NCBI GenBank assembly: GCA_965219415.1
Contig: OZ244742.1
Location: 1,696,001 to 1,760,000 of the forward strand
DNA length: 64,000 nt
Source of the DNA: Candidatus Marinacidobacterales bacterium
GTDB taxonomy: Bacteria; Acidobacteriota; Vicinamibacteria; Marinacidobacterales; DATDRI01
Direction of reading: 5' to 3'
Position 1 is the first letter of the stretch, and each line of letters opens with the position of its first letter. The position numbers and the translations under genes were made by a program. Under the pieces are notes generated by a model that was not told the origin of the DNA, did not search any database, and saw nothing but the letters and a program-made list of their open reading frames with translations. This document shows, one piece after another, positions 11,074 through 19,834 of the stretch.

Positions 11074-12273
11074 GTGCAAAGGTATCTGCCTGTCGTAGCT
11101 TGTCTCATCGGTCTAAGCCTCAGCTTCGGCTGCGGGAGTGGGAACGACGAAGCTGCTGGCCCCGCCCCAATTAAGATTGGCGCCATCTTCGCCCTCACCG
11201 GGCCCACCTCGGATGTCGGGACCACGTACGCCGAAGGTCTCCGTGGCTTCGTGGAGTGGACTAATCAGAATGGCGGCGTCGAAGGTCGGCCCCTCGAGCT
11301 CATCTTCCAGGACTACGGGTACAAGGTCGATCAGGCCGAGCTGCTTTATACGCAATTCGTGCAAGAAGGCGCGGTGGTGTTCCAAGGATGGGGCACCGGG
11401 GATACCGAGGCACTGCGAGGTCGTATCGCGGCCGACAAGGTTCCTTTCATGTCCGCTTCTTACTCTTACGTGCTGGGAAACCCGGACGAAGCGCCTTACA
11501 ACTTCCTGGTGGGAACCAGCTATAGCGAACAGCTTTTCATCCTTCTTGATTGGATCCTGGAAAACCATGAGAGGCCTGAAGCCCCATCGGTCGCGCTGAT
11601 GCACCATCCGTCACCTTTTGGGCTTTCGCCGTTCGAGCAGGGAGGTAAGGGCTACGCGGAGCGCAAGGGAGTGAAACTCACGGCGCACGAGATGGCCCGC
11701 GCAGCCACCGACTACACCGCCGAGCTCACGAAGATCCGCGAAGAAGGTGCTCGGTACGTCGTTTTTCAAAACACCTCCGGACCGGTGTCCTTGGTGCTCA
11801 AGAACGCGCGCCGCCTAGGCCTCGACATCGATTTCCTTTGTCTCAACTGGTGCACCAACGAGCTGCTCCCCGAGCTCGCTCTCGAGTCTGCAGAGGGAGT
11901 CGTCGGCTCCATGCTCTTTTCCCCTCCCGGGCCCGGCATCGAGGGGCTAAAGGACGCCGAAGCCTATTTGAGCTCGCGAGGAGACTCCCTACAAGAAAAA
12001 GGAAGCGTCTACGGCCAGGGTTGGTGGACGATGGCGGTGATGATCGACGGTGTCCGCCGAGTCGTCGCGGAAGGAAAGGAGCTGACGGGAGAGAACATCA
12101 AGGTGGCGTTGGAGAGCATCACCGATCTCGACACCGGCGGAGTCACCTTTCCGATCACCTTCACCGCTCGAGATCATCGGGGCTCCAAAGGCATGAAACT
12201 CTTTCGCGTCGAGAACGGAGAGTGGCAACCGCTCACGGATTTCCGGACCAGCGACCATGCTCCGACTGAATAA
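11074..12273 (+). CDS. Liv-type ABC substrate-binding lipoprotein
   Basis: Lipobox SFGC, IKIGAIFALTGP, GGVEGRPLELI, GWGTGDTEAL; GGAGG RBS. Confidence 0.92.
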   Translation: MQRYLPVVACLIGLSLSFGCGSGNDEAAGPAPIKIGAIFALTGPTSDVGTTYAEGLRGFVEWTNQNGGVEGRPLELIFQDYGYKVDQAELLYTQFVQEGAVVFQGWGTGDTEALRGRIAADKVPFMSASYSYVLGNPDEAPYNFLVGTSYSEQLFILLDWILENHERPEAPSVALMHHPSPFGLSPFEQGGKGYAERKGVKLTAHEMARAATDYTAELTKIREEGARYVVFQNTSGPVSLVLKNARRLGLDIDFLCLNWCTNELLPELALESAEGVVGSMLFSPPGPGIEGLKDAEAYLSSRGDSLQEKGSVYGQGWWTMAVMIDGVRRVVAEGKELTGENIKVALESITDLDTGGVTFPITFTARDHRGSKGMKLFRVENGEWQPLTDFRTSDHAPTE

Positions 12274-13051
12274 CGTCGAAGTCATCTATGATCGGGTCAT
12301 CCTCGTCCTCAAAGGCCTATCCCTTCAGGTCGAAACGGGTCAGATCTCAGTCCTCCTGGGTACCAATGGCGCCGGCAAATCGACGACCCTGAAAGCCATT
12401 TCCGGGCTCCTCAAGCCCGAGAACGGCGAGGTGACCGACGGCGCCATCGAGTTTCTAGGAGAGCCCATCCACCATCTCGCCGCCGAAACCATCGTCCAAC
12501 ACGGGATTTTTCAGGTGATGGAGGGACGACGGGTCTTCGAGCACCTGACCGTGGAGGAGAACCTCCTTGCCGGGGGCTACACGCGCCCCGATCAGAATCG
12601 CATGCGTTCCGAGCTAGGGCACGTATTCGACTATTTCCCTGCCCTGAAAGAACGCTCCCACCAGCACGCCGGTTATCTCTCCGGCGGCGAGCAGCAAATG
12701 TTGGCCATCGGACGCGCCCTCATGGCGCGGCCCAAGCTGATGCTTCTGGATGAGCCTTCTTTGGGCCTCGCTCCCATTTTGGTGCGGGAGATCTTCGAGA
12801 TCGTACGGCGCATCAAGCGCGAAGAAGGAACCACCATACTCCTCGTCGAGCAGAACGCGGCGCTGGCACTCGAGATCGCCGACTATGGGTACATCATGGA
12901 AGGCGGGCGCGTCGTCCTAGAGGGCGAGCCAGAAGTGCTTCGCCAAAACGAAGACGTGAAAGAGTTCTACCTGGGACTCACAGAAATGGGTCAAAGGAAA
13001 TCCTACCGCGACGTTAAACACTACAAGCGTCGAAAACGTTGGTTGTCGTGA
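12257..13051 (+). CDS. Liv-type ABC ATP-binding subunit (LivF-like)
   Basis: GTNGAGKST, LSGGEQQMLAIGRAL, LLDEPSLGLAP, tail KHYKRRKRWL. Confidence 0.93.
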   Translation: MLRLNNVEVIYDRVILVLKGLSLQVETGQISVLLGTNGAGKSTTLKAISGLLKPENGEVTDGAIEFLGEPIHHLAAETIVQHGIFQVMEGRRVFEHLTVEENLLAGGYTRPDQNRMRSELGHVFDYFPALKERSHQHAGYLSGGEQQMLAIGRALMARPKLMLLDEPSLGLAPILVREIFEIVRRIKREEGTTILLVEQNAALALEIADYGYIMEGGRVVLEGEPEVLRQNEDVKEFYLGLTEMGQRKSYRDVKHYKRRKRWLS

Positions 13052-13061
13052 AGTGACTTAT

Positions 13062-13070
13062 TGCTATAAT
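13062..13070 (+). promoter_or_regulatory. extended -10 promoter (TGnTATAAT), probably leaderless
   Basis: TGCTATAAT ends 6 nt before ATG 13077; no SD sequence. Confidence 0.5.
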
Positions 13071-13076
13071 CCTGCC

Positions 13077-13484
13077 ATGCGATACACGACGCTTTTCACC
13101 TTGACGCTACTTCTTTTCGCGGCCGCCTGCGGCGACTCAACGACTGACTCTACCGAGCTCTTGACGGTGAGAGGCGTCGTGGTCTCGGACCAGGCGGTTA
13201 CCTTTGATGCCGACTCCGTCCTCATCGTCCGCTTGTCGGACGTCAGCCTACAAGACACTCTCTCCCCCATCGTCTCTGAACAGGTCATTTCGGGTCCGCG
13301 CGAGCTTCCGGTCCCGTTTCCTCTGCCATATTCTCCGGAGCAGATCGGCGAGGGCAATACCTACTCGGTAGGCGCCCGCATCGAGCGTGGGACCACCCTC
13401 CTCTACATCAGCACGACGTCCAATCCCGTGATCACCAACGGGAACCCGGATCGCACGGACGTCGAGGTGGAGCAAGTGAATTAG
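13077..13484 (+). CDS. YbaY/YscW-family lipoprotein
   Basis: Lipobox AAAC; VRLSDVSLQD, PVPFPLPY, YSVGARIE, PVIT. Confidence 0.85.
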   Translation: MRYTTLFTLTLLLFAAACGDSTTDSTELLTVRGVVVSDQAVTFDADSVLIVRLSDVSLQDTLSPIVSEQVISGPRELPVPFPLPYSPEQIGEGNTYSVGARIERGTTLLYISTTSNPVITNGNPDRTDVEVEQVN

Positions 13485-13632
13485 CGCTGGTCCGCAGTAG
13501 CGGGCTAGACGCCTTCCCGAACAACAGATTCAATCGAAGGGTAGGTAAAGGGGCTCGGCGTAACGCGATCCTTTTTTTCAACCGGGGACGCTCGACGCAT
13601 CGCGATGCCCTGTGGTAGACCTTCGATCTCGA

Positions 13633-14886
13633 ATGACTGAAGACCGCGCCGTCTACATGCCCGAAGTGGAAGCAGCTTCCCCGGAAGCTCGCTCGGCGTA
13701 CGAGGACGATCTGGTGCGGCGCGCCGTCGCCTTTGCGGCTGAGAGATCCACAGAAATCCGCGAACGACTGAGGAAGGCCGGAATCACCCCTGAAAGCATC
13801 GGCGGAGTCGAAGACCTGCCTCGAGTTCCGGTGCTGTCCAAGGAGACGCTGCCAACACTTCAGGCGGGCGCACCGCCCTTCGGTGGGATGCTCGCGGTGT
13901 CCGCGTCGAAGCTCCGGCGCGTATACATGTCTCCCGGTCCCATCTTCGATCCAGAGGGCGATCAAGATGACTTTTGGCGCTGGGCCCCGGCGCTTTGGGC
14001 TTCCGGGTTTCGGCCCGACGACATCGTGTACAACACCTTCTCCTACCACCTCACTCCGGCGGGAGCCATGATGGAGGAAGGCTTGCGCGCCATCGGATGC
14101 ACCGTCATCCCCGGGGGCGTTGGAAACACCGAGCTTCAGGTGGAGTTTCTCTCTAAGGCGGCGGCTACGGGATATGTCGGCACGCCGGCATTCTTGCTAA
14201 CCATGATGGAACAAGCCAAGGAAAGAGGCCTGGCGCTTTCGCTCCGGCGAGCCTTTGTCTCCGGAGCCCCGCTCTCTCATTCTCTGCGTAGGACCCTGCA
14301 ATCGGACTACCGCCTCTCGGTCTTCCAGGGCTACGGCACCGCGGATGCAGGCGCCCTTGGGTACGAGTGCGAGAAAGCGGAAGGGTGGCACATCGCACCG
14401 GGCGTCGTGATCGAAGTCGTCAATCCTGCCTCGGGGCAACCGGTCGAGCTCGGGGAAACGGGCGAAGTCGTGGTCACGGCACCCAATGATGTCTACCCTC
14501 TCGTCCGCTTTGGTACAGGGGATCTTTCCGCCTTCATGGCCGCGGCTTGTTCCTGCGGACGAACGACGCCGCGCCTCGTGGGCTTCCTAGGGCGGGCCGG
14601 CGACGGCGTGAAAGTACGCGGCATGTTCGTCCATGCCAGTCAGCTCGCAAAGGCGTTTTCGGAGATCGAGCCCGTCGCTCGCTATCAGGCGGTGGTCAAT
14701 CAAGTAAGTCACAAGGACGAGCTCACTATTCAAGTGGAGGGCAAACCGGGAGCGACACTCGATAAGGAGAAGCTTACCGACATCCTCCGGGGCGCGTTGA
14801 AGCTCCGCGTTGCGGTTACTATCTTGCCGCCCGGCTCCCTCCCCGACGAAGCGAAACCGCTAGTCGATGAGCGGACGTGGGACTAG
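13633..14886 (+). CDS. phenylacetate-CoA ligase family protein
   Basis: SPGPIFDP, FSYHLTPAG, YGTAD, RFGTGDLS, KVRGMFV. Confidence 0.88.
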   Translation: MTEDRAVYMPEVEAASPEARSAYEDDLVRRAVAFAAERSTEIRERLRKAGITPESIGGVEDLPRVPVLSKETLPTLQAGAPPFGGMLAVSASKLRRVYMSPGPIFDPEGDQDDFWRWAPALWASGFRPDDIVYNTFSYHLTPAGAMMEEGLRAIGCTVIPGGVGNTELQVEFLSKAAATGYVGTPAFLLTMMEQAKERGLALSLRRAFVSGAPLSHSLRRTLQSDYRLSVFQGYGTADAGALGYECEKAEGWHIAPGVVIEVVNPASGQPVELGETGEVVVTAPNDVYPLVRFGTGDLSAFMAAACSCGRTTPRLVGFLGRAGDGVKVRGMFVHASQLAKAFSEIEPVARYQAVVNQVSHKDELTIQVEGKPGATLDKEKLTDILRGALKLRVAVTILPPGSLPDEAKPLVDERTWD

Positions 14887-14905
14887 GGGACTAAGGCGGC
14901 GGGAT

Positions 14906-14932
14906 TTGCTTTACTTGCTTTACTTGCTTCAT
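14906..14932. repeat. 9-bp tandem repeat TTGCTTTAC x3 (third copy imperfect)
   Basis: TTGCTTTAC TTGCTTTAC TTGCTTCAT in an intergenic region. Confidence 0.6.
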
Positions 14933-15008
14933 AGGCCTGGGCAAACTATTGATGACTATTCCGCCCCGCTCGTGATGAAGTTCTGATTCAACCAGGAGCC
15001 ACCCGTCA

Positions 15009-15788
15009 GTGACCAACCCTCGTCTCGTCCTTCTCGCCGCAACGCTAGCGCTTGGACACGCGGCCTGCAGCGGTTCCGCGCCGTCTCCGATAGGCCCTGA
15101 ACTCGTTTCGCCCACCCCTACTCCGAGCGTTCAAACCGACGCTGGTTTACCGGTGGCCCCTCAAGTGCGGAAAGACATCCCCTTCGAGAGAATCCTGTGC
15201 TTCGGTGATAGCCTGACCTTCGGCACCACCTCCCGTGGGGTGTTGGAGCACTTCACGCTCGAGCCGGTGGAAGGCTACGTGCCGAAGCTGCGCCGGCTCC
15301 TGAGACGGGAGTTCGACTCCACCGCTCAGGTCATCAACTCCGGTCGTGGCGGCGAGACGACCGAGCGGGGTTTGGCGCGCTTGAAGAACGAAATCCGCTC
15401 CCAGCGCTTCGACTTGGTGCTGCTCTTGGAGGGAGTGGTCGACGTCAACAACCCCAATCCAAAGTTCGGGGAGGCACGAGCCAACCTGAAAGAGATGATG
15501 CGTGTCGTCAAGGGGGAAGGCATCCCGGTCATCATCGGTACCGTTCCTCCTCTCAGCGGAGATGGGTTCCGGATCCGCGGCATCGAGAATATCCCCAAGC
15601 TCAACGACATTATTCGGGAGGAAGCGAACGCGGAAAGAGTCCCCGTTGCCGACCACGACCAGGCCTTCGGCAATAACGAGGGGTTCCAGGGACCCGACGG
15701 GCTACACCCCAACGACGCAGGTTACGAAGTCATGGCGCAAACCTGGTTGGAAGAGATTGAGAAGCTTATCGAAGAGATGTCGACTTAG
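15009..15788 (+). CDS. SGNH/GDSL hydrolase lipoprotein
   Basis: FGDSLT, NSGRGGETT, DGLHPN; lipobox-like HAAC. Confidence 0.9.
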   Translation: MTNPRLVLLAATLALGHAACSGSAPSPIGPELVSPTPTPSVQTDAGLPVAPQVRKDIPFERILCFGDSLTFGTTSRGVLEHFTLEPVEGYVPKLRRLLRREFDSTAQVINSGRGGETTERGLARLKNEIRSQRFDLVLLLEGVVDVNNPNPKFGEARANLKEMMRVVKGEGIPVIIGTVPPLSGDGFRIRGIENIPKLNDIIREEANAERVPVADHDQAFGNNEGFQGPDGLHPNDAGYEVMAQTWLEEIEKLIEEMST

Positions 15789-15807
15789 GGTCCGCGCAAG
15801 AATAAGA

Positions 15808-17334
15808 CTAGTTCGTCCCGTCTATGCCGTTTATGAAGACCCGCTGGGCGGGTTGAACCGCGAGGCGCGTAACCGTGGCCCCGTCTAAGAACACGATCTT
15901 CACATCGTAGGTGGCGCCGGCCGGCACACCAAAGTGGAGTATGGGCGAGTTCTGCGCGCAATACCCTGTAGCACTTTGCGACTCACGGAAGCCCCTGAGA
16001 TGTTCCGGGTCGTCGAGATGTCCTGCATCGTAGACATACGCCTTCGCACCGAACGCGCCCGCCTCGCCTTTCGGTGAGCGAAGCTGAACCTGCAGCCAAT
16101 TGTCGTCGTTGAGTTGGTTCCGGAAAAGCGTATTCTGACCGCGCTTGCTAACCAGGGCGAGGTCGAGATCACCGTCGCTATCGATGTCGACGAGGGAGAC
16201 GGCGCGGGGATTCGCACCGATGCCACCGATTCCGGGTGCCGACACACGTTTAAAAACACCCTTCCCGTTATTCTCGTAGACGGCCTGGTTGCCGCCGAAA
16301 TAAATGTCGAGGTCGCCGTCGTGATCCAAATCGCCTAGACCCGCGGTGAAGTCACCACGGCCAAAGATCTGAGCGAACTCGAAAACACCGTCTCCTACGT
16401 TCAGGTAGAGCTTCGCAGTGTCTTGTCCCACGACGAGGGCGTCGAGGTCGGCGTCGTTGTCGACGTCGCCGAACGCCCAGCCGTTACCTGGCGTGTCCTC
16501 CTTGAACCGGATCCCGCTCTCCCGTGTCACCTCGATGAAGGTTCCATTGCCTCGGTTGCGATAGAGCGCAATCGGACCCTGCGGCAAGTCGACTGCTTTC
16601 CATCCCGTAGAAGCCAAGTCGAGATCGCCGTCCCCGTCGAAATCGGTGAGCATGATTCCTTGGTTAGACAACTCCCGGCCGTCAATACCGAGCGTATCCT
16701 TGCGCTCGAAACGAAAGGAACCTCGATTGATGTAGGCGATGTTCTTCTGTCCGTCCCAAGCACTTAGGACGATATCCACCCGCCCATCCCCGTTGATATC
16801 GCCAGCCGCAACCCCTCGAGACTCGAGGTCGTCGATCCGAATGCCGGCACTCTCCGTGAGGTCGACGAAGTTTCCGTTGCCGTCGTTCCGATAAACTCGG
16901 CTGCGGCCGGTCCAGGTGTGGGCGTTGAAGAGGTCGTAGTCGCCGTCGTTGTCGAAGTCTGCGAAGATCGCGGCGTGGCTCTCCTCGCTGTCGCCGTTGA
17001 AGAAGCCGTCGTCTTCCACACCTGCCTCCAAAGCCTGCTCGATGAAGCTCGCATTGCCTTGGTTCACGAAGAACAGCTCCGGGCGGTCCTCTTTTGGATC
17101 GGCGATGTTGGTCACGTAGAGCTCGGGGAGCCCATCTCCGTTGGTATCGGCCGCCTGTACGCCGTGCCCCCCAAAGTTCCTCAAAGAGACGAATCCCGAC
17201 TGGTTGGTGATATTGCCGAACTTGAACTTCGCCCGCTCGCGAGCCCCCGCACCCTCGGGACCGGACATGGAGAATCCGATCACAAAGAGCGCCAGTAGAG
17301 ACGCAAGGGCCACGGAGATTTTCAATCGAAGCAT
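15808..17334 (-). CDS. CRTAC1/ASPIC-UnbV protein with FG-GAP/VCBS repeats
   Basis: Repeated DxD/NxDGDxDL motifs; C-terminal GAFGAK..GYCAQNSPILHFG; signal peptide. Confidence 0.88.
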   Translation of the reverse strand: MLRLKISVALASLLALFVIGFSMSGPEGAGARERAKFKFGNITNQSGFVSLRNFGGHGVQAADTNGDGLPELYVTNIADPKEDRPELFFVNQGNASFIEQALEAGVEDDGFFNGDSEESHAAIFADFDNDGDYDLFNAHTWTGRSRVYRNDGNGNFVDLTESAGIRIDDLESRGVAAGDINGDGRVDIVLSAWDGQKNIAYINRGSFRFERKDTLGIDGRELSNQGIMLTDFDGDGDLDLASTGWKAVDLPQGPIALYRNRGNGTFIEVTRESGIRFKEDTPGNGWAFGDVDNDADLDALVVGQDTAKLYLNVGDGVFEFAQIFGRGDFTAGLGDLDHDGDLDIYFGGNQAVYENNGKGVFKRVSAPGIGGIGANPRAVSLVDIDSDGDLDLALVSKRGQNTLFRNQLNDDNWLQVQLRSPKGEAGAFGAKAYVYDAGHLDDPEHLRGFRESQSATGYCAQNSPILHFGVPAGATYDVKIVFLDGATVTRLAVQPAQRVFINGIDGTN

Positions 17335-17443
17335 CAGGGAATTTCCTCGGCGATAGGTTGTACCTCTCTTAATACATGAAACGGCGGGACTTGTCAAGAT
17401 CCCTGGGCTTGCGGTCTTGCGGTCAGGCGCCGGTTCGGGGAAG

Positions 17444-19372
17444 ATGACGGCGGTGACTAGAGCCATTGTGTGGCGATTGGGGTTGCTCGGGTTGCTGCTC
17501 GTGACCGCGGCAGTGGCCATGGTTCGGATGACGAGCTCGACACGTGACTACCGTCTCGTCGAGCACCTCGAGGAATCCAAGGCGACGACCGAAGGCGGTG
17601 TCTTCGCCTCGTTTGCCGGCCAACCGAGCCTCTCCGGACCGGTCTCGCTCGCCGGTGATCGGCGCGCCGCCCTGACCCCACCGATCCCGTCGAGGCTCGA
17701 CTTCAATGTCACACTCCCCCCTGACCCGTCACTGCACTTCTCGATCGGAATCCAAAGTGAACGCGAGGTCGGTCGAGCCAAGGTGGAAATGGCAGTCAAC
17801 GTCGCGTACGAGAACGAGAGTCTGGTCGTCTACCGCGAGGTATTCCGCGCCTTCCAGCTCAACCGGTGGTATCCACGCCGAGTCGACCTCACGAAGTGGT
17901 CCGGGAAAAACATCAAGCTCCGGCTCGCCGTTGCGCCGGCGTTCGGTGCCCCCGATCCGCCTTGGGCAGAACGAGTCCGGGTCGCCTGGGGTGATCCGGT
18001 TGTTGGTAGCCGACCGGACCTGCGTCGGCAAGGGTCCAGCACGCGAGCCGACGATCGGCCTTCGATCGTGTTCATCCTCGTCGACACTCTGAGAGCCGAT
18101 TATCTCGGTTCTTACGGTTTCGATGGAGACATTTCGCCGGGACTGGACCGGTTGGCCGCGGAGTCGTTGCGATTCGAGAATGCTTTTTCGCAAGCACCGT
18201 GGACCAAACCCTCTATCGCGACTCTATTCACGTCTTTGTATCCGGAGGTTCACGGGCTGACCAACCATGAGGGACTCTTTTGGGGAAAGGGTCGTCCCAA
18301 TATGAGAACCGGCGTGCTTCCGGAGGAAGCAATCACCCTCGCCGAGATCCTGCGTGAGAACGGCTATCGCACAGCATCCTTCATGACCAATCCGATGTTG
18401 GCTCCCACCTACGGATTCGACCAGGGATTCGAGGTCTATGAGGTTCACGAGATTCGCGATTTGAGCAACTTGGTCATGGACGCCGCGACCCGATGGATCG
18501 AGTCCATACCAGACGACGAGCCCTTCTTTGCCTATCTTCACTTCATGGACGTTCATGGTCCCTATGATTCGCCGGAAAAGGATTTCGAAGCCTTGAAGGA
18601 TAGCCCCAGCTTGGGTGGCGACCGGGCATTGAGGGAAAAGGAGTACGACGAGATCTCGGACTACTTGAAGCGTGTTGATTGGGCCCGCGAGCCCGAGGCG
18701 CGGAGCGTCCGAACATGGCGGGCGCGCTACGCGGCCGGCATTCGGGACTTCGACCGTCGGCTCGCGTCATTTTTGGAGGGGCTTCGATCCTCGGGGCGAT
18801 TCGATAACGTCTATTTAGTTCTCACGTCTGATCACGGCGAAGAGCTCTTCGAGCACCAAGGGTGGGACCACGGCCATACTTTGTTTGGGCAACAGCTTCA
18901 TGTTCCGCTTTTGATTCGGCGGCCAGGGGGCGAAGGGGCCCGTGCCGTTACTGATGTTGTTGGCCTCATCGACTTGATGCCCACGCTGCTGTCCCTGGCT
19001 GGGATAGAGTCATCCGCGGGCGTTCAGGGACGAGACGTCTCCGCTCTTCTCGACGGCGACGCGGTCGAGAGCCGTGGTGTGTCTCGCGCCACCGCCACCA
19101 GCGATCGGCCCAGCCTCCATGCTATGCGCACGCCCGACTACAAGCTCATCCTGGATATCGATACCGGGGAGACTTGGCTTTTCAATGCGCGGAAAGATCC
19201 TAGCGAGCAAGAAAATCTCTCCGCCGAACGACCGGAAATTGTAGAGGAGCTACGTGATCGCCTGTTGACCCGGATCGCGGAATCGACTGCGGAGGGAGCC
19301 CTCGGCAAGCGATTGGCACCTATTCCGGACGAGCTTATCGAACAGCTTCGGGCTTTGGGGTACGTTCAGTAG
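17444..19372 (+). CDS. sulfatase-like hydrolase/transferase with N-terminal extra domain
   Basis: ILVDTLRAD, WTKPSIATL, DVHGPY, TSDHGE, LRALGY. Confidence 0.88.
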   Translation: MTAVTRAIVWRLGLLGLLLVTAAVAMVRMTSSTRDYRLVEHLEESKATTEGGVFASFAGQPSLSGPVSLAGDRRAALTPPIPSRLDFNVTLPPDPSLHFSIGIQSEREVGRAKVEMAVNVAYENESLVVYREVFRAFQLNRWYPRRVDLTKWSGKNIKLRLAVAPAFGAPDPPWAERVRVAWGDPVVGSRPDLRRQGSSTRADDRPSIVFILVDTLRADYLGSYGFDGDISPGLDRLAAESLRFENAFSQAPWTKPSIATLFTSLYPEVHGLTNHEGLFWGKGRPNMRTGVLPEEAITLAEILRENGYRTASFMTNPMLAPTYGFDQGFEVYEVHEIRDLSNLVMDAATRWIESIPDDEPFFAYLHFMDVHGPYDSPEKDFEALKDSPSLGGDRALREKEYDEISDYLKRVDWAREPEARSVRTWRARYAAGIRDFDRRLASFLEGLRSSGRFDNVYLVLTSDHGEELFEHQGWDHGHTLFGQQLHVPLLIRRPGGEGARAVTDVVGLIDLMPTLLSLAGIESSAGVQGRDVSALLDGDAVESRGVSRATATSDRPSLHAMRTPDYKLILDIDTGETWLFNARKDPSEQENLSAERPEIVEELRDRLLTRIAESTAEGALGKRLAPIPDELIEQLRALGYVQ

Positions 19373-19412
19373 TGCTGGCTACGGTGCCGCGACGACCGAA
19401 CAGGCACGCGGG

Positions 19413-19736
19413 TTACGAGGAAGTGAACGGCTTCGGGCGATTCTTGTTGACCTTCGGGGTGTGAGCGGTCTTGTACTCGGAAAGCTCGGCTTCGGTGACG
19501 GTCATGTGCGATGAAGGGTAGCCCTCGCCACTCGCGTCGAGCTCGCGCTGCAACTTGAGGAAGCAGATCTCCGGAGCATCTTGATAGCGGACGCGGTTCG
19601 CGAGAAATGCCTTGTTCGAAATGGCCACTGTAAAAAGGCGGGGCTCGCCGTCGGGCCGCATTACCTGCAGCTGGTACTCACGGGTTCTCTCGTTGACAGT
19701 AAAGCCAACGTACTCTGCTCTTGGGTCGTTCGCCAT
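19413..19736 (-). CDS. hypothetical protein
   Basis: GGAGG RBS before ATG 19736; clean 107-aa ORF. Confidence 0.65.
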   Translation of the reverse strand: MANDPRAEYVGFTVNERTREYQLQVMRPDGEPRLFTVAISNKAFLANRVRYQDAPEICFLKLQRELDASGEGYPSSHMTVTEAELSEYKTAHTPKVNKNRPKPFTSS

Positions 19737-19834
19737 GGGTCTCGGTCCTCCCGCAAGCGCGTGGAGGGGCCAGGGAGACCCGCGCGAGCTCACTGCTATA
19801 TCTTATCATGATCACCTTGGGATCGTCGTGCCCT

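Noticed and set aside
16150-17160. Periodic GTCGCCGTC-type repeats
   Set aside because: They are the coding signature of FG-GAP DxDxDGDxD motifs in the CRTAC1-like protein.
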